Source: Tubiluchus corallicola (Eukaryota; Animalia; Priapulida). Taken from it: DNA of 38,617 nucleotides. Each line of letters opens with the position of its first letter. Position 1 is the first letter of the stretch. The notes beneath the pieces were generated by a model. That model made no database searches. It saw only the letters and a program-made list of their open reading frames with translations, and was not told the DNA's origin. Positions 11,964-22,131 of this stretch are shown here, piece after piece. A program made the translations under genes and the position numbers. The stretch covers positions 1 to 38,617 of the forward strand of contig JAQGDQ010001483.1 of the NCBI GenBank assembly GCA_030141605.1, given 5' to 3'.

Positions 11964-12281
11964 GTAAGATTATTTTATATTTATAGAATTACTTGCATGT
12001 AACGAAACATATCTGTGTCATTTTCCCTTATACTTATTACAGTTTTGAACTTATTCCTGTCAGTTCTTGTAGTCGCACAAAAACTTACTTTGCTTGTGAT
12101 AAAGACAAAATTGCTACCTATGAAAAAATAACATTTGTATGACATCAAGTTAAATCTAACTGGAAAGATTAATTGTATTTTTTGGAATTTATTTTTGCTA
12201 TTTTAGCGTTTTTGACATCAACATTTTGATAATATTGCTTATTCATTATTAATAATAATGCTATGCTATTGTCTTTTCAAG

Positions 12282-12317
12282 CTCTCAGATGACGTGTGCA
12301 CAGCTTTGGAAGACGAG
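12282..12317 (+). CDS. BAIAP3: 36-nt exon: LSDDVCTALEDE
   Basis: ttcaAG / GTTAAT; phase 0-0, continues the amphipathic helix. Confidence 0.8.
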
Positions 12318-12887
12318 GTTAATATTGATTTTTATAATATGTTAAAAATTCAGTTTTCTTTTATTTTTTTTTTTCTGCTTACTGAATATATATATATTAC
12401 TTGTAAAGACGGAACAGTAGTGCTTTAGATTTAATTTAAAACAATATCTAAAAAGCGACATTGTATGTGAATAAGTTAAAACTGCTAATGCATTGTCAAA
12501 TTTACTTGCGCAGCTAGAAAATAAAATACCATGTATTTAACTTATAAGATTTTATCAAAAAGCAATAAAGGTTAACCGTTAATGAAATGCTTTAAGCATG
12601 CTTGAAATCATTATAGCCACATACGAACTACACAACTGCCTAAAACTTTGAAGTTGACGACACCACAGGACACAGTGAGCCATATCCTATTAAAATAATA
12701 CTTAACGGTAATAATTGTATAATAAACTGAAAGACTTGTAGAATCTCAGATTTTTTATTCCCCCCCCCCCCCCTTAACTAGATTGTTGATGAATCCGGGC
12801 CCAGCTTTGGCTTGATTTTACTTAGGACTTTCACATCACATTTTCAATAATTTGATTCCTCAGAATTAACCCTTTTTACTCATCTAG

Positions 12888-12896
12888 GCCAATCAG
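12888..12896 (+). CDS. candidate 9-nt microexon (ANQ)
   Basis: ttaaccctttttactcatctAG|GCCAATCAG|GTAAAG in a phase-0 intron. Confidence 0.5.
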
Positions 12897-13312
12897 GTAA
12901 AGTCTGGGTGCAAACAGCTCGGAATTTCGAACAGCCATCTGACTTTTTCGACATGTTGTTCACTCTTTTCTCTTAAGATATTATATGCACTATATCTTTA
13001 ATGTTTAAATAATTTCGATTTTGTTTGGGGTTCTATTTTACTAGAACGTATCAGAAGATTAGAGCCCTGCTAAATGTAAACTATTGGGCATAATGTCTTA
13101 TTTTCCAGCTCATACATAAGCAGGATGTGATTCGCTTAAGGTCAAAAGCAGTTAAACTGCAGAAAAACATCAGCATTTCAAACATTTTTGTATTAAAATA
13201 TACTTCTGCACATTAGGTGGCTGTATTTTTGCTTGAGCAATACAACCGCAAGTTTTCCTGTTTCTTTCGAGTCATAATAGTTAACCAGCATTGCCGTTTT
13301 TGTGATTTAAAG

Positions 13313-13479
13313 TTTGCTGATGATGACGATTCTCAACCAGTACTAGAAGCTGTGAGCAGTAGCTCTGAAAATAGCAAAGATGACAGCAATCCACTGGGCA
13401 TGCAGATTGGAACCAACATGTTTGAGCTTTATTTAGCAATGCAAGAATTTTCAAAGTTTGCTAACAAGTTACCACCAAG
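13313..13479 (+). CDS. BAIAP3: exon: FADDDDSQPVLEAVSSSSENSKDDSNPLGMQIGTNMFELYLAMQEFSKFANKLPPS
   Basis: ttaaAG acceptor (an alternative in-frame acceptor would start at 13289) / GTATAA; FELYL motif. Confidence 0.88.
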
Positions 13480-13821
13480 GTATAAATATCTTACATATTA
13501 ATGCGAAATCTACAGCCTTTACAGCATTGATTGGCTGATTTGTTGATTAGCTAATTAATAAGTTGGTTGATTGCTTATGCCTTCGTAGGAGGGTTGATTG
13601 ATTAGTTGCTTATCTGACTAACTAGTTTGCCTGGCTAACAAATGCAGCCTTTATCACACCAGTGCTAGTGTGCACACTAGTACCTTAACTAAGATTTTGT
13701 TTGTTTAATGACAACTAAATCTAGAGACCTTGAATAAGGTGATATGTGCACTGTAGTATGTTGTCAATTACGAAAATGATAATGATTAAAACAATTAACC
13801 GTTTTTTATTAATATTTCTAG

Positions 13822-13945
13822 TGAAGCTAAAACCCTTGCTGTCTCTCAGTTCTACAACTGGTTTTCTGGTGCGGTAAACCGTTGGTTGAGGATAGCCAAC
13901 ACAAAATGTAACATCCGTATAAAGAAAGCAATAGAGCTTGATAAG
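13822..13945 (+). CDS. BAIAP3: exon, MHD1: EAKTLAVSQFYNWFSGAVNRWLRIANTKCNIRIKKAIELDK
   Basis: ttctAG / GTGAAT; WF...V..WL...RI.KA+ELD motif. Confidence 0.93.
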
Positions 13946-14831
13946 GTGAATGATTCCACATTACACAATTATTGTTTAAACGCAATGGCAACTTTCTGTT
14001 CATAAAATGTTGGCTTTTATATTTAATAGGTCAGGATTGTTAGTTCTTATACTCAAGGCCAGAATGATATGCTGCAAAAGATATTATTGAATTCAATTAA
14101 GAAGGGCAGTTTAGTTCATGAATGCAGTTAAAAAGCCATACTCTCTTACATTCCGAACAAAACTGGCTACTATATTTTAAAAGGACAGATTAGTTTCTGA
14201 ATTCAAGACCAGAATAACATGTTGTGTAGGATTTTGGTAAATTGTGTTTAGGAGGGTGGTACATAGCCCCTGGCTGATACTTAAAATTCATACCATATTA
14301 GATTTGAAATTGCTTTTGTTTTTGAGCCATGAACCAAAGCTAAAACATCTCATCTACCTTAGGTTGTTTACACAATTTGGCGGATACCAACCTTGTGTTT
14401 ACTGATAGCCCTGAGGTTAAACAGGTTTTTCTTCTTCCTGGCTGTTTTTGTTTGTTTTATCAGCCCTAACTCTTGGAGGTGAACAGTCTTCCTAGGCTGC
14501 TCAATTTTTTTTACTGTCTGAAATGTTGATGCACATGCAGCCTGTCAGTCCTGAACAAGTGCATCATGTCTTCTGTGCATTCAACTGATGCATGTCTTAT
14601 TTATACTGAAGCCATTAAACACATGTTTTACATCTTATCCGGAAGCCATGATAAACATAAAAATTTTTATTGCAAAGGAAAATTTAATAGGTTGCACTAG
14701 CCTGGGATTCTCCAAGGCCATTTAATAAATTCATGAATTAAACCATATTTTATGCATCAAATTTCACTAAAACCATGTTTTGATGTTTTTCATGACTCTG
14801 CTGAAATGGACATATATGGCTGCTTTTACAG

Positions 14832-14834
14832 AAG
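14832..14834 (+). CDS. candidate 3-nt microexon (Lys, AAG) in MHD1
   Basis: ggcTGCttttacAG|AAG|GTAAGT in a phase-0 intron. Confidence 0.6.
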
Positions 14835-15044
14835 GTAAGTTAGCATTAGAGTTTGCAGAAAACATCAATAAAATTCATTTTGCACTTTTACTCATTCAGT
14901 AAAATGATATTAAAGTTTATATACCGTGACAGAATCTTTCACTTAATAACAAAATAATGCACTTAGCACTAATTAGGCTATTATATTACTGCTAAGTATT
15001 AAGAATTAAATATATTTATACGAAATATTATTTAATAATTTTAG

Positions 15045-15110
15045 GTTACAGTAGATCCACAAGCAAAACACAGTTCTTCTGCAGTAGACACAGCTTGCTG
15101 TTTTGCTCAG
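15045..15110 (+). CDS. BAIAP3: exon, MHD1: VTVDPQAKHSSSAVDTACCFAQ
   Basis: ttttAG / GTAGGT; KHSSSAVD motif. Confidence 0.95.
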
Positions 15111-15675
15111 GTAGGTTTACTGTCTTACAAGATTTTCATATTTTTTAAAACATCAGAGTAGCTGCAGTAGATGCTGCTCTGTTCTCTAAGTAAAACACTT
15201 TTCAAATACAAGAGCATCATAATTATGATAGTAGCGTAATTACAATAAGAAAATTATCTAAAAGTGCAAAATTACTTAAATTGTCACATTTTATTAACTT
15301 TACTTTGGGCCGTAATATATAATTTTTCATTCTAGTGCCAGGAGCTGGTTAAGACTTAGTTCAGCGCTATCATTACCCATACTTTCTTAATTCTCAATTA
15401 TGTACGTTGAAATATTATCAAGCTTTCACCTGTCACTCTTATTAACTCACTCATGATGGTCATTCGGCTGCTAGATACAGAAATCACTCTTCCTGTATGT
15501 GTAATTTTCAGTTAGAATTATCATTGAAATTCTAAGCGCTAAATTGACATGCTGAACTTCTCCATAGATTCAGAAATTGTGGAAACTTCACTTCTTTTGT
15601 GGAAATATACTTGGAAAAAATACAAGCAAGATTCTTGTTAGCTACATTTTGGAAGATACTGCATTTTTTCTTTAG

Positions 15676-15852
15676 ATAAGAGATTTCTGGAAACAGTTAG
15701 CATGGCCTGACACAGCTGGGTCCTATCTGCTAGTCACTAAAGTTCTTGATGACATCTGTAATGGAGCCATTTTCTATGCTGAAGAAGTACATAAGAAGTT
15801 AGCAGCAGCAGGATATTATGATGACAGTGCTGTGTTTGATGTTACGGAAGAG
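15676..15852 (+). CDS. BAIAP3: exon, MHD1: IRDFWKQLAWPDTAGSYLLVTKVLDDICNGAIFYAEEVHKKLAAAGYYDDSAVFDVTEE
   Basis: ctttAG / GTATAT; LxWPD motif. Confidence 0.95.
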
Positions 15853-15947
15853 GTATATGCCTAAGCGATACGTGATTCTGGAGCATTAAATTCTCTATCC
15901 CTAAAAGTCACAAAAAACTGATTTTGTCTGTTTTCATTTTATTACAG

Positions 15948-16163
15948 CTGTGTATAACAATTAATAATATTGAACAAGTACGGCGGTCTCTAAAGCCTCT
16001 CCCAGAAGCTCTGGGATTTTCAGAAATTTATCATGCGGTAGAGAAAGCACGTGGAAAGGATGCTGGCCGTCAGTGCAAGGTGGCGCTGTACGGGGTTCTG
16101 AAAAGCTCCGATGAAGATATCATAGACAAGATAAAAGAAGTTATAGAACATGTTGGAGAAAGG
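15948..16163 (+). CDS. BAIAP3: exon: LCITINNIEQVRRSLKPLPEALGF...KEVIEHVGER
   Basis: ttacAG / GTGAGA; ORF 15924..16232. Confidence 0.95.
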
Positions 16164-16346
16164 GTGAGACCTCTCATGAATTTATTTACAGGTTTTGTTT
16201 TGTACTATTACTCTTCGTTTGAAGACTTTTGAGATTCACGCATTAGTCATTTATTTAGAAATCAACATTTTTCCATCATAATTTAAAATCGGTAAAGAAG
16301 TGAAGCAAGTTAATTGATAACAAATTTTCTAACTTTGTGATTTCAG

Positions 16347-16415
16347 ATGAGACCCGACATTGGAAAAAACATTTTTCACTTGGCTTTGTCACCTGACTCA
16401 ATGCCAGCTGAACAG
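16347..16415 (+). CDS. BAIAP3: exon: MRPDIGKNIFHLALSPDSMPAEQ
   Basis: tttcAG / GTAAAA. Confidence 0.92.
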
Positions 16416-16590
16416 GTAAAATATTTCAATTAAACTTTGCATTTGTAATTATTCCTTGTTAAATTTCTCAAAACGAAAGTCATTAAAATGATATTAGGAG
16501 GATTGCTTTCAACTACTTTTAAATACTTTTCGTATAGGATGTGACAAAGCGATTTGATGATAATTTTATTTGATTTTACTTTCGTTACAG

Positions 16591-16737
16591 GCCCTGGAGT
16601 CACTGTTGGTGTATCTGGACAACAATCTAGACACGTTGAACAAAGGTTTACTACGGACCAACTTTGATCGTCTGTTGGCAGAAATTTGGAGAATTGTGAT
16701 CGATGAAATGCGAAAAATGCTAGATGCTAACCTTGGA
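16591..16737 (+). CDS. BAIAP3: exon, MHD2: ALESLLVYLDNNLDTLNKGLLRTNFDRLLAEIWRIVIDEMRKMLDANLG
   Basis: ttacAG / GTACGT; YLDxNL motif. Confidence 0.95.
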
Positions 16738-16851
16738 GTACGTAGTTGTTTTTAAAGACCTTTTCTATCATTAAAGTTTTACAGAGTAGAGACCTGCCGT
16801 TACAAAATACAATATGTTTGCTATTTTAATTACCAAGTTCTTCTATTGCAG

Positions 16852-16965
16852 AAAAAGCCAGACTTTTACCAGAGGTTATATGATGCCTTGGAAATTTTGA
16901 AGGAGTTCTTCCATGCTAATGAGAAAGGATTGCCTATGCAGACCATCCTGTCCACAGAATATGAT
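16852..16965 (+). CDS. BAIAP3: exon, MHD2: KKPDFYQRLYDALEILKEFFHANEKGLPMQTILSTEYD
   Basis: ttgcAG / GTAATT; FFHA..GL motif. Confidence 0.93.
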
Positions 16966-17099
16966 GTAATTACAAAATTATTATGTATTTTAAAAATCCA
17001 TTTTATGTGTAAGATACTTGTTACATATTAAAGCACCGTTTGCTGAAAGATCTTCGAACTATGTAAGTATCAATAATATCACTGTTTTGCTATTTCTAG

Positions 17100-17304
17100 A
17101 TTCTTCAGGATATGCTGAAATTAAGCAAGGCTGAGACAACAGAGCTGATTAATTCATTCTACCTAGAAAAGATGGATATCCAGAATAGCACTGATGACAG
17201 CAAGTATGGTTCCTTGACTGTCAGAGTTTATTACAACTTTTCGGCAGAGGAGCTCTGTATTGAAGTAATCAATGCTAAAGATATCATTCCATTGGATGCC
17301 AATG
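17100..17304 (+). CDS. BAIAP3: exon, MHD2 end / C2B start: ILQDMLKLSKAETTELI...YGSLTVRVYY...LCIEVINAKDIIPLDAN
   Basis: ttctAG (an alternative in-frame AG gives a start at 17109) / GTAGGT. Confidence 0.93.
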
Positions 17305-17613
17305 GTAGGTCAATAATAATTTAGGTGATTGTGTCAGGTGGCTTAAAATAAATGGTACCTATGGAGAGGTGACTAGAGTTTCAGACAAAACATGCTGCAT
17401 CAAGTGAAACGAGGTTTAGCAAGTTAATTTTTTACTCTTCAGCAGCTCTTTAGCATGTAACAAAATATAATTAAAAATGTCAACATAGGTTAGTCATGGC
17501 ATCGTTTGGAGTTAACCATAATAAAAATTGATTTTTATTATAATATGATACAATTTATAATTAACCGTACTACAAGATTGTCTTACGTGAAGCTCATAGT
17601 ACCTATGTTTCAG

Positions 17614-17737
17614 GTTTAAGTGATCCCTTTGTGATTGTTGAGCTGCTTCCTTCTCATCACTTTCCTAACTGCTCTATGCAGAGAACGAAAGTTGTCAGCA
17701 AAACATTAAATCCATCTTTTGAGGAAACATTCAGATT
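17614..17737 (+). CDS. BAIAP3: exon, C2B: GLSDPFVIVELLPSHHFPNCSMQRTKVVSKTLNPSFEETFRF
   Basis: tttcAG / GTAAGT; SDPFV and TLNP motifs. Confidence 0.96.
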
Positions 17738-17858
17738 GTAAGTACTTGAACACGCTCATTTAGAGCTTATATGTCAAAATGTGCATTTCATATAGGAATT
17801 GTTATTTTTACTAAAAGCATTAGTCCAGCATTTCAATAGTTTTAATTATTTGATACAG

Positions 17859-18061
17859 TTCAGCAACAGTAGAACAATGCAAAGCTCCTCATGCATTGGC
17901 TCAGTTCACGGTTATGGATCATGATCTGGTATTCTGCAATGATTTTGCTGGTGAAGCCTACTTTGCTCTCAACAAAACACCTGGTCTGAAGGGCGAGAAA
18001 GCAGGAGGCTACTCCAATTTGAAGCAGACAAAATTAGTACTAACACAACCCAGGCCTAGAG
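17859..18061 (+). CDS. BAIAP3: exon, C2B: SATVEQCKAPHALAQFTVMDHDLVFCNDFAGEAYFALNKTPGLKG...LVLTQPRPR
   Basis: atacAG / GTAAGT; DHD...NDF Ca2+-ligand aspartates. Confidence 0.95.
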
Positions 18062-18550
18062 GTAAGTTGACTGCAAGTATAGGCCGTAAGTTTTTTGTTA
18101 GTTTTTAAGTATTTTGTAAACCATATTAGTTATTAAAATATAACATTGTAATTTTTGTTCAATAAAACCCTAAAAGTTGTAGTAATTTTGATTATGTTTT
18201 CTATTTTGTCTTGATAACACTAAATGTGTAAAGGATTGTTTTATTATCACAATCGCTCCTAGAATGCAAATCATGAAAAAACTCGTACACTGTTAACTAC
18301 AATGTTTAAATTGAAGTTAGTTTGCCGTAAAAAGCATCCATACATACATACAACACTGTACTTACGTTTCAATGTTATTGTAATGTCATTTAACATGTTT
18401 ATATTATACATTTTGTATGTAGACACTAATGTCTCCTTCCTCTGTATATAATGAGGATTGAAAATTCTCAATAATGACCTTTTCTCATTTCAATTAAAAG
18501 TTAAAATTACAGCTATAAGATTCATTATTTATTAATTACTAATCTTCTAG

Positions 18551-18654
18551 TGAGTGGTCCATTTCAAGTTTTGGAGTTGAGGACAGGAGACAAAGATGCT
18601 GTAGAATTTGTGAAGAAGATAAAGCAAAGAGAAAGCCTTGCCATTACCAAATAA
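18551..18654 (+). CDS. BAIAP3: terminal coding exon: VSGPFQVLELRTGDKDAVEFVKKIKQRESLAITK*
   Basis: ttctAG acceptor, phase 1; LExRxxDKxAxEFV C-terminal motif; TAA. Confidence 0.92.
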
Positions 18655-18690
18655 ACAATTTTTGCCTTGATATTGTATTGAGTAATCAAG

Positions 18691-18790
18691 TGAGGACAAG
18701 AAACAAGGAACGTGTAGAATTTGTGGAAATAAAACTAAGCGAAAGCCTTGTCATCACCAAGTAAATAATTCTGCCTTGATATTGGACTTT
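18691..18790 (+). repeat. diverged tandem duplicate of the end of the last coding exon (18578-18683)
   Basis: tgaggacaagaaacaaggaacgtgtagaatttgtg...gaaagccttgtcatcaccaagtaaataattctgccttgatattg aligns to tgaggacaggagacaaagatgctgtagaatttgtg...gaaagccttgccattaccaaataaacaatttttgccttgatattg. Confidence 0.9.
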
Positions 18791-19413
18791 TTGAGTCTCC
18801 CAGTATGACACTATGTAGTTCTCATTAAAGTGACAAATGTTTAAGTCTGTGTTGTGCTTTTTTTAGTTTTTATATAGACTTTATTCACTTGTACCTTTGC
18901 AGATTTGTTAAATCCTACAGTTACCTATTGTGCATGCTTTATGAATTAACGATAACGTTTATATATTTGTATATATCTGCTCAATTATGCACATACTTTG
19001 TAAAAATGAATGTTGTGATAATTATTTGTTTGTAAGTTAATAACAATCTAAATCAGCATATATTTATATTTTGCCAATTTGAGTGCAATCTAAGAGGTAG
19101 TGGCTATTATGACTATCTGGTCTGTAAAACACAATTAAAAAGACCAATTAAAATGTAAAAAAATTGTGCCTATAAAAACTTTAAAAACTATCCTTGTATG
19201 CGTAATATAAGATAACTATTTCTGATATTTGTGATGATTTGTAATTGTACTTGTGTCAACGTTCGTTATTATTTTCTTCCTTATATGGATAGATTTTTTT
19301 CTACTGACAAAGGGCAGGCAGTGTTAAGGTGTGCCTATAATTATCTTTGCCGTAACGAAGGAAAAACCTGAATGATCATTCTCATGAATAAGTCTGACAA
19401 AAGTTACTTAAAG

Positions 19414-19506
19414 AAAACGAATCGAAATATAATTTCTGTTTGTTTAACTCGTAATTAAATAAAACGAATCGAAATATAATTTCTGTTTGTTTAACTCGTA
19501 ATTAAA
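19414..19506. repeat. perfect tandem duplication, period 47 bp
   Basis: aaaacgaatcgaaatataatttctgtttgtttaactcgtaattaaa at 19414 and 19461. Confidence 0.95.
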
Positions 19507-22090
19507 AAATTTTTACAACTGTTGACGGTCTATAATTACAGCTAGTGGTGATACAATGGGGATGGGAAGTCTGATCCCTTATTAGCAGTTTAAATTATAA
19601 TCCTGGGTAATGAACTACCAACCTTAGCTGTATGCGTATGCTAACAATGTGAAATGTTTTGTTTTGTTACATAATTGTTTATTTTAAGCATAGTTAAATT
19701 TACAATTACGCTATTACGGGATAAGAAATTTGTGAATTCATGTTTGGTGTGTGATTTTTACCCGCGTTTGCAGTATACTTTGTTTGTATTGAAGAATGCA
19801 AAAAGATAAATAGGAAAACTCAAAATACTGTAGGTAAATTGTTTTTGTGCATAAACAATGAGAAAGATTGCTGTATGTTTGCATTTATGTTGTTAAAATT
19901 TTATACATTTGCGCTTAATTATTCTGCATATACTTTTTACACAGTTTGGCCAGTGATGTTGAACTGTTGTGGCAGAACCGGAACTTATCTAAGTCTCACG
20001 ATAAGGCACTGAACCAACAGAAGTGTCTTAGTCACATATGTGTATATGTATTGACAATACGGGTGAGAAGGGTGAGGGTGCAGGTAGCGTGGCATGTGAA
20101 ACAATCAAAAGAATAATTCCCAGTAGTGCATGACCCATTTAACAGGAAAACTCGATGCTGCTTAACTTTTGCAGCCAAACACATGTCATGACCACTCAAG
20201 TATATTCATCTGGCCCTCTATGAACTCATGAATATCGTAATTTGAAGTATCGATAAACGATGACATAACTTTGACTGAAGCACTAAATATTTTGTTTAAT
20301 TAAGACAGAGAAACTCATATGAAAATGGAGCTAAAACTGCCTGGAGAAACTGTACGCATACTAGTTTTAGATTTTAGTGAAATGCACCTTAATGTTTACA
20401 CCTGAATATGTATGTAAAAAGTTATTTATTATGCATTTTTCTAAAATGTATTTATTAATGTATGATTAATATCAAATTTAGTAATATGTTTATTAAATCG
20501 TGGGCTGTTTTCAAATATAACTTTTCTATTATAAGTTTCGTACATTTTTGGTAATTAAAGAGCAAAATATTACGACAGTTCTGAATTTTGAACATTGAAT
20601 TTAATTCAGTTTCAGTGTAGTGGTTTTGCATGTACGTAATACGGAAGTAACGCAAATTAATTAATAATTTCTAAATCCAAGTAGTTGAATTGAGAATATT
20701 TATTAAATTTGCACTATATTTAGGTTTAATCTATGCTGTGTTGTGAGTTTAGTTTGACCTTGAATTTACTTCATAAAAAATAAATCCCGGAATTATAACA
20801 GTCATTCCATGTTTTTCTATACATTTATAAAATGTCTAAAATTCCTTGCTTGTCTTTTCTGTTTGAGGTCTATATTTACTGTGCGTTTATCACGGTTATT
20901 TGGCATTTCAATACCTACGACGACGTTTTTCCTATACAAACTTGTAAGCTTGTAGGCAGTACATAAAAATTACAGAGAGATATAAGCGCCAAAGCTAGCG
21001 CTGGTAGGTTAACCTACACGCCTGAAGTATGTAATTATACTGTCCATTTTAAATTTAACTTCTCTGACAGCGCATACTGCGTGTGACAAGGAAAAAGAAT
21101 GTTGTCACCCTGTAAGTCCACAATCTACAATTTTCACCAAAAATGCTACTGGTTAAACTGTCTTGATGAGGCTAATAAGAGCTACAGACGACACACCTAA
21201 TGTAAGTAGGAGCCATAAATCACTGTTTCGTGCTCACGGCTGCCTGAATTACCCTGCTACGGACAAAATCCTTAATCGTACACGCAATACGAGCTTTCCG
21301 TTGAGAAAGCGACATAAGCACGTTTACCATTTACATCTTGGAAGTTTCATAGCCACACAAAAGACCTTTACGTAGCATCTACACAGTTATGACCATAAAA
21401 CGAGCATGTACGTCGTAAACTTATATGTATATCGGTTATTATACCCAGAAGGTAATAATTACAGGTATACGTGTGATTATGGTGCAACCCCTTTGCGAGC
21501 GGCTTTAACGTCATTTTCTATCATGTCATTTTTGTATTATTATAAAGGTGAAAAATTTATTACCTGTTCTATACTAAAACTAAGTTTGTAACAGCTATAG
21601 CATACTTTTCCTGTTATAATTATGGTGTACACCTGCGGGATAACTCGTTATTTTTCTGGAATTCCAGGTGATGTTTTGTTGCCAGGTAGGTTTAATGAGT
21701 TAATTCAGGTTATTAAAGATGTTTATAGCGCGTCGTTATAACAAAACTTTAGCTGGTTGTTCCCGTCACAAAAGAATTCGCAGAAGCAATTATTCGTTTT
21801 CAAAAGAGTTTCGCCTGGTGACTCTCACTAAGTTGTACAGAGTTGCAATTGCCATTGCTGTGAGCTTTACTTAAAATAGTGTATGAAGTAGTTTTACATA
21901 CTTAAAACTGCGAACGTCGTAAGGCGCCCGTCTCTCCGTAGTCAAAATTCTGCTACTTTTGTAGACATTTATCAAATATGGGGGTTTACAATGATACTAG
22001 GGCATTTATTTTAACTGTCAAGACATTTTAAACTATTCTAGACTATTTTGACTTAATTGTATTTTGGCGAGATTCAAAATGTAGCCTTAT

Positions 22091-22130
<40 letters not shown>
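22091..22130. repeat. (GAT)n microsatellite
   Basis: direct reading. Confidence 0.95.

Positions 22131-22131
<1 letters not shown>

Larger units (their letters stand above)
2559..18654 (+). other. BAIAP3: BAIAP3/UNC13D (Munc13-4, staccato-like) gene span, 5'-partial; 25 coding exons, ~976 aa visible, C2A-MUN-C2B
   Basis: Exon phases are compatible across all 24 GT-AG introns; summed exon length is 2932 nt = 1 + 977 codons including TAA. Family motifs: [109 protein letters not shown]. Invertebrates usually have one co-ortholog of BAIAP3 and UNC13D. Confidence 0.95.
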
